The position numbers and the translations under genes are program-made. From Acidimicrobiales bacterium (lineage in GTDB: Bacteria; Actinomycetota; Acidimicrobiia; Acidimicrobiales; Aldehydirespiratoraceae): a DNA stretch of 64,000 bases. Every line of letters starts with the position of its first letter. The stretch's first letter is position 1. Below are positions 1 to 7,325 of this stretch, one piece after another. The DNA lies in NCBI GenBank assembly GCA_965116865.1, contig OZ220727.1, positions 1,156,798 through 1,220,797 of the forward strand, in the 5' to 3' direction. The notes below the pieces were generated by a model that searched no databases, was not told the DNA's origin, and saw only the letters and a list, made by a program, of their open reading frames with translations.

Positions 1-304
1 CAGCGGCGGCGTTGGCGGTGCTAGTTGCGGTGGCGTCCGGCGTGGTGTTGCTTGAGCAACTACTGACCTGTCTAGCCGGTAGAGATCTGCCGGTGCAGAT
101 GCGCTTCGACGGTCCGATGGACCGCTAGGCGACGGCTTGTGCGGCTCGGTCGGCGCAGTCGAGCAGGTACCGGTAGAGGTTGCGGTTCGTGACCCGGTGC
201 CAGCGAAGTCTGACGTGCGGGCATTGGTTCGATGATTCTTGGCGTGGCGGCGATACCGGCCGGCGGACAGCGCACGGGAAGCCACAGATCGCTGACGCGC
301 GCTG

Positions 305-754
305 TCAGCGGCCGGTCGCCAGCGCCTGCTCGAGTCGAGGACCGAGCTCGACCCGGTACGGGTTCGACAGCGCTGTCCCGATGGAGACCTCGTCGACGTC
401 GATGCCGTGCATGCGGCGCAGACGCTCGCTCACCCATTCGGGCGCTGTCGGGCGATCCTGTTCGTACTGTCTGAAGCACTCGCGCACGGCGTGGGCGAAG
501 TTCTTGCACGTGTGGTTGTGCAGACTGGTGTTGAGCCCGCGGTCGCTGCGCACGACGTAGCGGCTGCCGTCGCTGAGTTCGAGGAACTCTACGAAGCCGA
601 TACTGACATCGTTGCGGCGCCACCGGGGCCGTCGGCGTCTGAGGGACCTTCCGGTTCCGTCGGGGCGGTTGTGCAATTCGCACGTCACGCCAAGAGCGGC
701 TGCGGTCACCATGAACGGTGTCAGCCCAGGTTGTGGGGTCGGCAGTTGAGCCAC
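305..754 (-). CDS. hypothetical protein
   Basis: 149-aa ORF with coding-like composition. Its start overlaps the 3' end of the upstream secreted-protein gene. Its stop lies in a GCTGAC/GTCAGC hairpin (about 291-309). No recognisable motif. Confidence 0.4.
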   Translation of the reverse strand: MAQLPTPQPGLTPFMVTAAALGVTCELHNRPDGTGRSLRRRRPRWRRNDVSIGFVEFLELSDGSRYVVRSDRGLNTSLHNHTCKNFAHAVRECFRQYEQDRPTAPEWVSERLRRMHGIDVDEVSIGTALSNPYRVELGPRLEQALATGR

Positions 755-1295
755 TTCTCGTCAGAAGTCTTGTTGGCATGCTTGTCGAACCACCAACTGA
801 TCGGGACCCGGACGACCGTGTATGTCCACCACTTTCCCGGTTCTGTGAGGTCGCACGGGACGTGCAGCGGCACTTGGTCTCTGGAGCGCACATGGCGTGT
901 CCTCGAAGACTGCGTGTGCCAGTGGCAGGTGTACGGGAACACCTGCAGGCATCCGTACGCCTGCAGGTGCACCGTCACATAGGCCCGGTCCGGGCACCGG
1001 CTTGCGGGGTTCGACGTGTTCACCCAGTTGCCGTGCCCCGACGCGTCGTTGCCGGAGCGGTGTGGCCAGTGGGCCGCGGCACGAAACTTGCATCTGCGTC
1101 CGGGCCATCGAGCCTGGCTTGCCTCGTCGCTGTCTTGTGCGTCAGGGGTGTCGAATTCTGTCTGGTCGGAGGTGCCGGGCTTCGGTGAGCTGGCTTCGGT
1201 GAGCTGGCTTCGGCGGGCGCCGCCAGCGCGGCGATCAGCAGTCCGGCGGCGGCTACAACCAACAAAGACCGCGCGGGCGACAGCTTCTTGAACAC
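721..1295 (-). pseudogene. secreted Cys/Trp/His-rich protein gene, reading frame broken by a 14-bp tandem duplication
   Basis: GTG at 1295 is preceded by GGGAGG (1303-1308). The frame of ORF 1020..1388 gives the signal peptide VFKKLSPARSLLVVAAAGLLIAALAAPAEA. The frame of ORF 721..1332 gives the mature part ending at 721. Both frames read EASSPKP across the duplication and fuse in frame if one 14-bp unit is removed. Confidence 0.55.
1181..1213. repeat. 14-bp tandem duplication (ttcggtgagctggc x2.4)
   Basis: Units at 1181-1194 and 1195-1208, plus a partial ttcgg at 1209-1213, read directly. Confidence 0.9.
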
Positions 1296-1506
1296 GGTTC
1301 GACCTCCCTGTGTCAGGATGCAGGCCGCGCATCCTACGGGCCGGTGTCGTATCGTGTCAAGACCGTTGCGCGGAGCTTGCCGGTACATCTGATCGCGGCC
1401 CAGCGGGAGTCGCCGCGCCGAGTGTCGGCGGCCATGAGATCCTGCCTACTGGCGGCCATCGGTTCTGCCCAGCGGTGGCCAACAGGGTTAACCCAGATTT
1501 TTTCAG

Positions 1507-1647
1507 TAAGAGCGTCCGCGAATAGGTGAGAGCCGATTGTGTCGCAGCGGTGTCATTCCCGCTCTTGTTCGCTGCGCTCACGGGCCGCTCGGGCCACGGC
1601 CTCGCCCGTATGATCCGGACTGGCCCGCCTATTCGCTCGGCCTCTAA
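1507..1647 (+). repeat. structured dispersed repeat (MITE/REP-like), copy 1
   Basis: About 140 bp. The core gtgtcgcagcggtgtcattcccgctcttgttcgctgcgctcacgggccgctcgggccacggcctcgcccgt is shared with the copies at 10244 and 13473. Imperfect terminal inverted repeats contain GCGAATAGG and CCTATTCGC. The ends are TAAGAG and CTCTAAG. Confidence 0.75.
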
Positions 1648-1649
1648 GG

Positions 1650-2302
1650 GGTTCGGTCATGGGCTAGCCGCCAAGCGGCTCCGCTGGCGATACGACATCA
1701 AGCGAACACTCAGCGACGGATCCCTCGAGCAAACATGTCCGTTCCACGCGGGCAAGCTCTACAACCCCCGCTTCGGGATCCCCAACAGACGCAAGTCCGC
1801 GCTGTTCGTCCCCGACGAGGACATCCCGAAAGGCGCCACGCGATGCTGCAACGGCAACGTGGTCGCCACCCCCGAGCAGCTCACCCGGTTCGAGTTCCAG
1901 AAGCCCACCTTCGGCACCGTCGCCCACCAGCAGTTGATGGGCTACCGCAACCCAGTCGAGGGCACCAACGCCGACGCCAAGCGCCGTCACGGCCTCCGGC
2001 ACGACACATGCCTCGCCCCCGGCCTCATCCCCCACGCCCTCGCCGCGGCCATCAGCGCCGCGGTACGCAACCTGCAGTTGACGCTCAACGCCGAATTCAA
2101 GCGGAGGCGAGAGCACCAACGACGCAAGACGACGAGAAGCGCTCGACGCAAGACCCGGCACCGTCACCAAGCCCCCCACGACGGCCGCCCTTCACCCACC
2201 GGGCACGCCTCCCCCCAAACCCCTGAGGCATCCGACCAGGAGCCCGCCGGCGCCACCAGCGCCGGCTCCGGCACGCTCACCCCGCTCCGAGCGCCCCCGT
2301 AA
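1650..2302 (+). pseudogene. DDE transposase C-terminal remnant (family uncertain)
   Basis: ORF 1526..2302 first reads through the dispersed repeat. The stretch GYRNPVEGTNADAKRRHGLRHDTCLAPGLIPHALAAAISAAVRNLQL then resembles the C-terminal end of IS4/IS5/IS1182-type transposases. There is no N-terminal catalytic part and no plausible start. The tail is Arg/His-rich. Confidence 0.35.
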
Positions 2303-2508
2303 CGATCCTCGGCAACGAGGTTTGAGGCTGGCGGTCCCGCACCGTCAGCCTCGCCGCGCCCATCGGCAGGCTCACAGACAGCCCCGCATCCCGAGACCCC
2401 GCAATCTGCCGCTGGATGCCTCCAAGACGGCCCGGGAACACCCTCCAAGGCTCCTACAGCAGATTGGTGTTAGGTGTCTGGGCCGCTAGGTGTTAGCGAA
2501 CCCGCCCG

Positions 2509-2582
2509 CACCCCCGACAGGACTCGAACCCGCAACCTGAGGGGTAGAAACCCTCCGCTCTATCCAGTTGAGCTACGGGGGC
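2509..2582 (-). tRNA. tRNA-Arg (anticodon TCT)
   Basis: Manual cloverleaf. Acceptor GCCCCCG/CGGGGGT, D-arm GCTC-AACTGGATA-GAGC, anticodon stem GAGGG/CCCTC, loop TTTCTAC, T-arm GCGGG-TTCGAGT-CCTGT. No encoded CCA. Confidence 0.85.
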
Positions 2583-2601
2583 GCCCCGAGGCTAGCGGAC
2601 G

Positions 2602-2707
2602 CCGTCCGAGTATCGACGATCGGCCCGCACCCGGCAGCGACCGCTGCCCCGAACCCGGCAATGACCGCGAACACCGCCCGAGTATCGACGATCGGCCCAC
2701 GCCCGGC
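2602..2707. repeat. X-Y-X junction repeat, period 72 bp
   Basis: The segment ccg(t/c)ccgagtatcgacgatcggccc.c.cccggc occurs at 2602-2635 and 2674-2707, between tRNA-Arg and tRNA-His. Confidence 0.85.
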
Positions 2708-2753
2708 TTCCGGCGGCTGCGGTACACTGTGCATCGCCCGCTTCGGCGGTCGT

Positions 2754-2828
2754 GGTGGCCGTAGCTCAGTCGGTTAGAGCGCCGGGTTGTGGTCCCGGAG
2801 GTCGGGGGTTCGACTCCCCTCGGTCACC
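2754..2828 (+). tRNA. tRNA-His (anticodon GTG) with encoded G-1
   Basis: Acceptor GTGGCCG/CGGTCAC, with G-1 (2754) opposite C73. D-arm GCTC-AGTCGGTTA-GAGC, anticodon loop TTGTGGT, T-arm GGGGG-TTCGACT-CCCCT. Confidence 0.9.
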
Positions 2829-3026
2829 CGCCCCCTCCCCTGTGCGGAGTCGTCGGTGCCGCCGCGGTCGAAGTCGACGGGTCCCGCCGTGGTCGGGAGA
2901 TGGGCCTTGGGAAGCGTCGCGGCTGCGGCCGGGCGACGCTGCAACCATCGGCAGCGCATGGGCCGACAACACCGCACCTACCGAGCCACGCGACTGGAGT
3001 ATCCGGGCTAGCCTGGAAGCTTGCAA

Positions 3027-3100
3027 GCGCCTCTAGCTCAATCAGGCAGAGCAACGGACTCTTAATCCGCAGGTTCTGGGTTCGAGTCCCAGGGGGCGTA
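3027..3100 (+). tRNA. tRNA-Lys (anticodon CTT)
   Basis: Acceptor GCGCCTC/GGGGCGT, with G1-T72 and T6-G67 wobbles. D-arm GCTC-AATCAGGCA-GAGC, anticodon loop CTCTTAA, T-arm CTGGG-TTCGAGT-CCCAG. Confidence 0.8.
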
Positions 3101-3233
3101 CTTACGCAAATGCAGGGACCATCGCAGGCAGGGGAAGCCGTCGGCACCAGGCTAGGCTGTAAGCGCCGGTCGGGCTCCGCCCGGTGGTGCAGGTCTGGAT
3201 GGACCTCGTGCAGGCGCGAAGGGTGACGCCGAC

Positions 3234-4130
3234 ATGGACCGCTACGCGATATTCGTAGACGCCGAGTTCCTCTACCGAGAGGGCGGCGTGCTGTGCTGCA
3301 ACAGCCCGGACCGGCAAGAGATCCTCCTCTACGCCCTAGGCGCCAACGACTTCCTCGTCGGTCTCGCGACTGAGGTCTGCGATCTCCGGCCGCTTCGCAC
3401 CTATTGGTACGACACCTCGAGCGACGGGGCGCCGACCCCGGCCCAGCAGATGGTGGCGACGCTTCCCGACATGAAGCTGCGACTCCAGACCGGCGCCGGC
3501 CAGGACTCGCAATCGTCGCTGGGCGCGGCGATCCGGCGCGACCTGTCCACGCTGGCCCGCGAGCGGGCCATCTGCGACGCCTTCCTGCTGACGGACGACG
3601 AGGATCTGCTCGACTGCGTCCTCGAGGTCCAGGACCAGGGACTGCGGGTGACCCTGATCGACATCGCGTCGCATGGGGAGAGCGGGGAGGGGCCGGCCAG
3701 ACTGGCCAACGAATCGGACGAGGTCATCAAATTGACCAAGGACGATCTGTCGAGGTTCATCAGACGCCGACGCACTCCCGACGACGCTTCTGCCGACACC
3801 TACGACCCGGTCGACTCGGTCGCCGCAGCAGCGGCAGCCTTCGCCGAGAACTGGCTCTGCCAGGCCAGCGACGACGAGTTCTACGCCATGCTCGGCCATC
3901 GCCCCCGCATACCCGAATCGCTGGACGGCGACCTGCTCTACGCTGTCGAGAACGTGATCGGTGGAAGCCTGCGAGGCCAGGACCGCCTCAGGATCGCTGT
4001 GCGCCAGGCCTTCTGGAACAGGATCGAACAGGAGATCGAAGGACTGGCCCCTGAACCGGTGCGGTCTGCGGCACGGGAGGCGGGACCGCCGAACCGCACA
4101 CGGATGAATCAGTCCGCGGGACCGCGGTAG
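3234..4130 (+). CDS. NYN (LabA/DUF88-like, PIN-fold) domain protein with uncharacterised C-terminal half
   Basis: N-terminus MDRYAIFVDAEFL and the later segment AFLLTDDEDLLDCVLEVQDQGLRVTLI match the acidic-residue pattern of NYN ribonuclease-like domains. 298-aa ORF. Confidence 0.65.
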   Translation: MDRYAIFVDAEFLYREGGVLCCNSPDRQEILLYALGANDFLVGLATEVCDLRPLRTYWYDTSSDGAPTPAQQMVATLPDMKLRLQTGAGQDSQSSLGAAIRRDLSTLARERAICDAFLLTDDEDLLDCVLEVQDQGLRVTLIDIASHGESGEGPARLANESDEVIKLTKDDLSRFIRRRRTPDDASADTYDPVDSVAAAAAAFAENWLCQASDDEFYAMLGHRPRIPESLDGDLLYAVENVIGGSLRGQDRLRIAVRQAFWNRIEQEIEGLAPEPVRSAAREAGPPNRTRMNQSAGPR

Positions 4131-4163
4131 CGGCCTCGGTTCTGAACGCCCGCCGCCGTCCGC

Positions 4164-5123
4164 TCAGCCGTCGGCCGCCGGAGCAGGTGCCGGCCCGCGC
4201 CGCGCTCCGAGAGCACGCAGCAACGCCCTCCGCCCAAGTGGCGGCATCTCCGCCGCCTGACCGGGCCCGCGCCGCGCTCCGAGAGCACGCAGCAACGTCT
4301 GCACCGTGAGCACGGCCAAGAACACGACGACGGTGGCGAGGGCCATGGTGGCTCCGGCTGCGGTGTCGTAGTGATAGCTGGCCAGCAGGCCGACCACCAC
4401 GGAGCCGATCCCGACCGCGGCTGCGACGACCATGATGCGCGGCACCCGCCGCACGAGCAGCACGGCAGTGGCCGGAGGAGCGATGAGGAAGGCGAACACC
4501 AGCAGGTTCCCCACGGCCTCGAACGATGCGATGATCGAGACGGCCAGCAGCACCAGCAGCACACCGTGGGCGAGACGGGGACGGAGGCCGAGGACCTGGG
4601 CCTGGGCGTGGTCGAACGTCATGACCAGGAACGCCCGATAGAAAACGACGACCCCGCCCACCGAGAGGACCGCCGCGACAGCCTGGCGGCGGAGGTCGCC
4701 CGCGTCCACTCCGGTGACGGACCCGAACAGGAAGCGGTTCAGGTCCCCGACGTAAGCTCCCGACGAACTGGACATGATGGCCACGGCTAGGGCCAGGAAA
4801 CCGACGAACAGCACCCCGATGGACGTGTCCTCCGGCAGCGGTGAGCAGCTGCGGATCATGTTGATGCCGCACACCATGGCGATGGCCGCCACGAAGGCGC
4901 CGATGGTGGTGTCGACCCCGATGATGAACGCCAGCGCGATCCCGGGAAGCACGCCGTGGGCCAGCGCGTCCCCTAGGAAGCTCATGCCCCGCAGCACTAC
5001 CCATGTGCCCACGACCGACGTGGTGAGGACCGCGAGCAGGCCCGCATAGAGAGCCCGGCGCATGAAGATGTTGGATGTGAACGGGTCGACCCACCACGAC
5101 ATGGGGTCGGTCAGGAACTCCAC
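4164..5123 (-). CDS. znuB: metal (zinc-type) ABC transporter permease, ABC-3 family
   Basis: 319-aa polytopic ORF typical of ZnuB/MntB/TroC permeases, directly downstream of the binding-protein gene. The C-terminus is extended in frame by the 72-bp repeat (LLRALGARRGP appears twice). Confidence 0.8.
   Translation of the reverse strand: MEFLTDPMSWWVDPFTSNIFMRRALYAGLLAVLTTSVVGTWVVLRGMSFLGDALAHGVLPGIALAFIIGVDTTIGAFVAAIAMVCGINMIRSCSPLPEDTSIGVLFVGFLALAVAIMSSSSGAYVGDLNRFLFGSVTGVDAGDLRRQAVAAVLSVGGVVVFYRAFLVMTFDHAQAQVLGLRPRLAHGVLLVLLAVSIIASFEAVGNLLVFAFLIAPPATAVLLVRRVPRIMVVAAAVGIGSVVVGLLASYHYDTAAGATMALATVVVFLAVLTVQTLLRALGARRGPGQAAEMPPLGRRALLRALGARRGPAPAPAADG
4190..4297. repeat. X-Y-X junction repeat, period 72 bp, inside the 3' end of znuB
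   Basis: The segment ggcccgcgccgcgctccgagagcacgcagcaacg occurs at 4192-4225 and 4264-4297. Confidence 0.9.
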
Positions 5124-5180
5124 AGCCGGATGTTCTAGTCCGGTTCAGCCGAAGACGCACGACCCGCTGGCGGCGCCGGC

Positions 5181-6332
5181 TCAGCCGAGAGCGTCGACAA
5201 TGAGGTCGGCGTTGGTACGCACGAAGTCGACGTAGGTCTCGGCGCCGCTGCCGGCGGGACCGAGGCTGCCGGTGTAGAGCGTGACCACGTCGACGTCGCC
5301 GACCCGGTCGGCCAGCGCCTCGACGTCGTCGACGGAGTGCAGGGTCTCGGCGAAGATGGCCTTGATCCCCTCGTGCTCGATGATCTCGGCCAGCTCCTCG
5401 AGCCCGGCGGGGCTGGCCTGCGCCATGCTCGCCGGCGTCGGGATGACCGTGCCGATGAGCTCGAACCCGTAGCGGTCGGCGAAGTACCCGAGCGCCTCGT
5501 GGTTGGTGACCAGCTTGCGGCTCTCGGCGGGGAGTCGCTCGACCTTGGCGGCGACCTCGGCGTCCACCGCCTCCAGCTCGGCCAGGTAGCTGTCCAGGCA
5601 GGCTTCGATCGCGGCGGAGTCGAGACCGACCTCGCTCGTCAGCACCCGGGCGAGGCTCGACAGCGCACCCGACACCCGCTGAGGATCGAACCACACGTGG
5701 GGATCGCCTCCGCTGCCGTGGCCCTCTTCCTCGTGGCCCTCTTCTTCTTCCTCGTGGCCCTCTTCTTCCTCGTGGCCCTCTTCTTCCTCGTGGCCCTCTT
5801 CTTCCTCGTGACCCTCTTCTTCCTCGTGACCCTCTTCTTCCTCGTGTCCTTCGTCTTCTCCACCCTCGCCGTGGTGGTGAGCGCCCTCGAACGAGAACGG
5901 GATGGTCTCCATCCCGTCTGCGAACTCGAACACCGGCGTGCCCGACTCTGCGACTGCTTCGAGCGTGTCTTCGAGGGCCTCCTCCAGCTCCAGGCCGTTG
6001 GCCACCACCAGCGCGGCGTTCTCCATGAGGGCCCGGTCCTGAAGGGAGGGCTCGTAGCTGTGGGGATCGCCGCCGACTGGGATGATCGTCTCGATGTCGG
6101 CCAGCCCGCCGCAGGCCACGTTCGAGACGATGTCGGCCCAGATGCCCGTGGTTACCAGGATTGCCGGAGTCTCAGCGGCAGCCTCGGGCTCGGCCTCTGA
6201 GTCAGTGCCGTCCCCGCTGCACGCTGCGGCTGTCAGGGCCATGACGGCAACAGCCGCGGACATGGCCGTCAGTATCGATGGTCGGGCGCGGGCGGCTGCA
6301 ATGGCGGTGCCGGGGCTTGCTGAACGGATCAC
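5181..6332 (-). CDS. znuA: metal ABC transporter substrate-binding lipoprotein (ZnuA/TroA family) with His/Glu-rich loop
   Basis: Cluster-9 binding-protein-like sequence with lipobox LTAAAC. Loop HHHGEGGEDEGHEEEEGHEEEEGH... The preferred start is GTG 6332, with AAGGAG (6340-6345) 7 nt upstream. The track ORF extends to TTG 6368. Confidence 0.8.
   Translation of the reverse strand: MIRSASPGTAIAAARARPSILTAMSAAVAVMALTAAACSGDGTDSEAEPEAAAETPAILVTTGIWADIVSNVACGGLADIETIIPVGGDPHSYEPSLQDRALMENAALVVANGLELEEALEDTLEAVAESGTPVFEFADGMETIPFSFEGAHHHGEGGEDEGHEEEEGHEEEEGHEEEEGHEEEEGHEEEEGHEEEEEGHEEEGHGSGGDPHVWFDPQRVSGALSSLARVLTSEVGLDSAAIEACLDSYLAELEAVDAEVAAKVERLPAESRKLVTNHEALGYFADRYGFELIGTVIPTPASMAQASPAGLEELAEIIEHEGIKAIFAETLHSVDDVEALADRVGDVDVVTLYTGSLGPAGSGAETYVDFVRTNADLIVDALG
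5717..5852. repeat. coding 18-bp repeat encoding (GHEEEE)n
   Basis: About 7-8 tandem copies of ctcttcttcctcgtggcc-like units on the plus strand. Confidence 0.85.
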
Positions 6333-6383
6333 GCATAGACTCCTTGTGGCAGGTGGGGCGGATGTCAACCGACCATCCTATAA

Positions 6384-6398
6384 TGGGAATAGTTCTCA
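6384..6398. promoter_or_regulatory. candidate Zur/Fur-family operator
   Basis: TGGGAATAGTTCTCA is an AT-rich imperfect palindrome (5 of 7 arm positions pair). It lies in the 78-bp divergent znuA-zur intergenic region. Confidence 0.45.
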
Positions 6399-6410
6399 AC
6401 AACGACCTGG

Positions 6411-6947
6411 ATGCCTGTGCCAAGCAATCGACCAGATCCTGACCTGTCGCCCGCCCTTCGAGATCTGCACGCCATGGTGCGTGCCCTCCTGGCCCGGCAC
6501 GATTCCCGCTACACCCCCGGTCGGCGGCGGTTGGTCGAGGCGCTGGTGGGCGCGGGACGCCCGGTGACGCTGACCGAGATCGCCTCGTCCGCCCCCGATC
6601 TGCCCGTCAGCTCGACTTACCGCAACCTCAGCGTGCTTGAACGCTCGGGCGTGGTCAACCGGATCTCGATCCGAAGCGATCGTGCCTATTTCGAGCTGGC
6701 TGAACCACTGCTGTCGCATCACCACCATCTCGTGTGCGTTGTCTGCGGCGCGATCACCGACGTACACTTGGACGACGAGTTGGAGGAGATGATCGACCAC
6801 CGTCTCGCCGAGGCGGCTTGTCGGGTCAATTTCACGCCCCTTCGTCACATGCTCGACCTGCACGGCCATTGCTCGCGCTGCGTTCATTTCGTCGAAGACT
6901 TGGCATCGGGAGATGGCGCTACTAATATGAGGAAGTCCCCGGCGTGA
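6411..6947 (+). CDS. zur: Fur-family metalloregulator, probably Zur
   Basis: Winged-helix part TLTEIASSAPDLPVSSTYRNLSVLERSGVV, then HHHH, then CVVCG ... CSRC metal sites. It is divergent from znuA. Confidence 0.75.
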   Translation: MPVPSNRPDPDLSPALRDLHAMVRALLARHDSRYTPGRRRLVEALVGAGRPVTLTEIASSAPDLPVSSTYRNLSVLERSGVVNRISIRSDRAYFELAEPLLSHHHHLVCVVCGAITDVHLDDELEEMIDHRLAEAACRVNFTPLRHMLDLHGHCSRCVHFVEDLASGDGATNMRKSPA

Positions 6948-7225
6948 CCGTCATCCACGACGTGCATGCCTGGACGGTGACCTCCGGGTACGTGTCGCTC
7001 ACCGCCCACGTGCTGGCCGACCCTGAGCATGCGGGCGACTTGGACGACATGCTTAGGGAGTTGCGGCGCATCGCCAACGAAGAGCACGGCATCGCTCACA
7101 GCACCATCCAGTTGGAGACCTCGGTCAGAGGATGCACCTCCGATGACCACCATGTGGACCATCTGCTGGAGCGCCAGATGGCCCGCAAGAAGAAGAAGCT
7201 CGCTTTCTTCGGCCACCATCACTGA
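6944..7225 (+). CDS. stand-alone cation-diffusion-facilitator C-terminal (ZT_dimer-like) domain protein with His tail
   Basis: VIHDVHAWTVTSGYVSLTAHV ... HGIAHSTIQLE matches the cytoplasmic C-terminal domain of CzcD/ZitB-type CDF proteins. There is no transmembrane part. GTG 6944 overlaps the zur TGA (GTGA). The protein ends FFGHHH. Confidence 0.55.
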   Translation: MTVIHDVHAWTVTSGYVSLTAHVLADPEHAGDLDDMLRELRRIANEEHGIAHSTIQLETSVRGCTSDDHHVDHLLERQMARKKKKLAFFGHHH

Positions 7226-7325
7226 GCGCATCCCCGCCTGCAACCCCGAATCGGGAACGCATGCCGGGAGCAGGCGCCGGAAGTTGTCAGCCCTCCTCGA
7301 CTAGGCCGGCAGCGGGTCCGGCCCG

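Noticed and set aside
2752-3036. ORFs overlapping tRNA-His and tRNA-Lys, and ORFs 27472..27868 overlapping tRNA-Pro.
   Set aside because: They are fully explained by the tRNA genes and the intergenic repeat. No coding features are present.
6202-6423. 73-aa ORF whose internal ATG follows AAGGAG and gives a His/Cys/Arg-rich peptide (MRDPFSKPRHRHCSRPRP...).
   Set aside because: The same Shine-Dalgarno sequence serves the in-frame GTG 6332 of znuA at better spacing. The ORF lies wholly inside the znuA signal-peptide region in another frame, and its composition looks like off-frame GC-rich translation.
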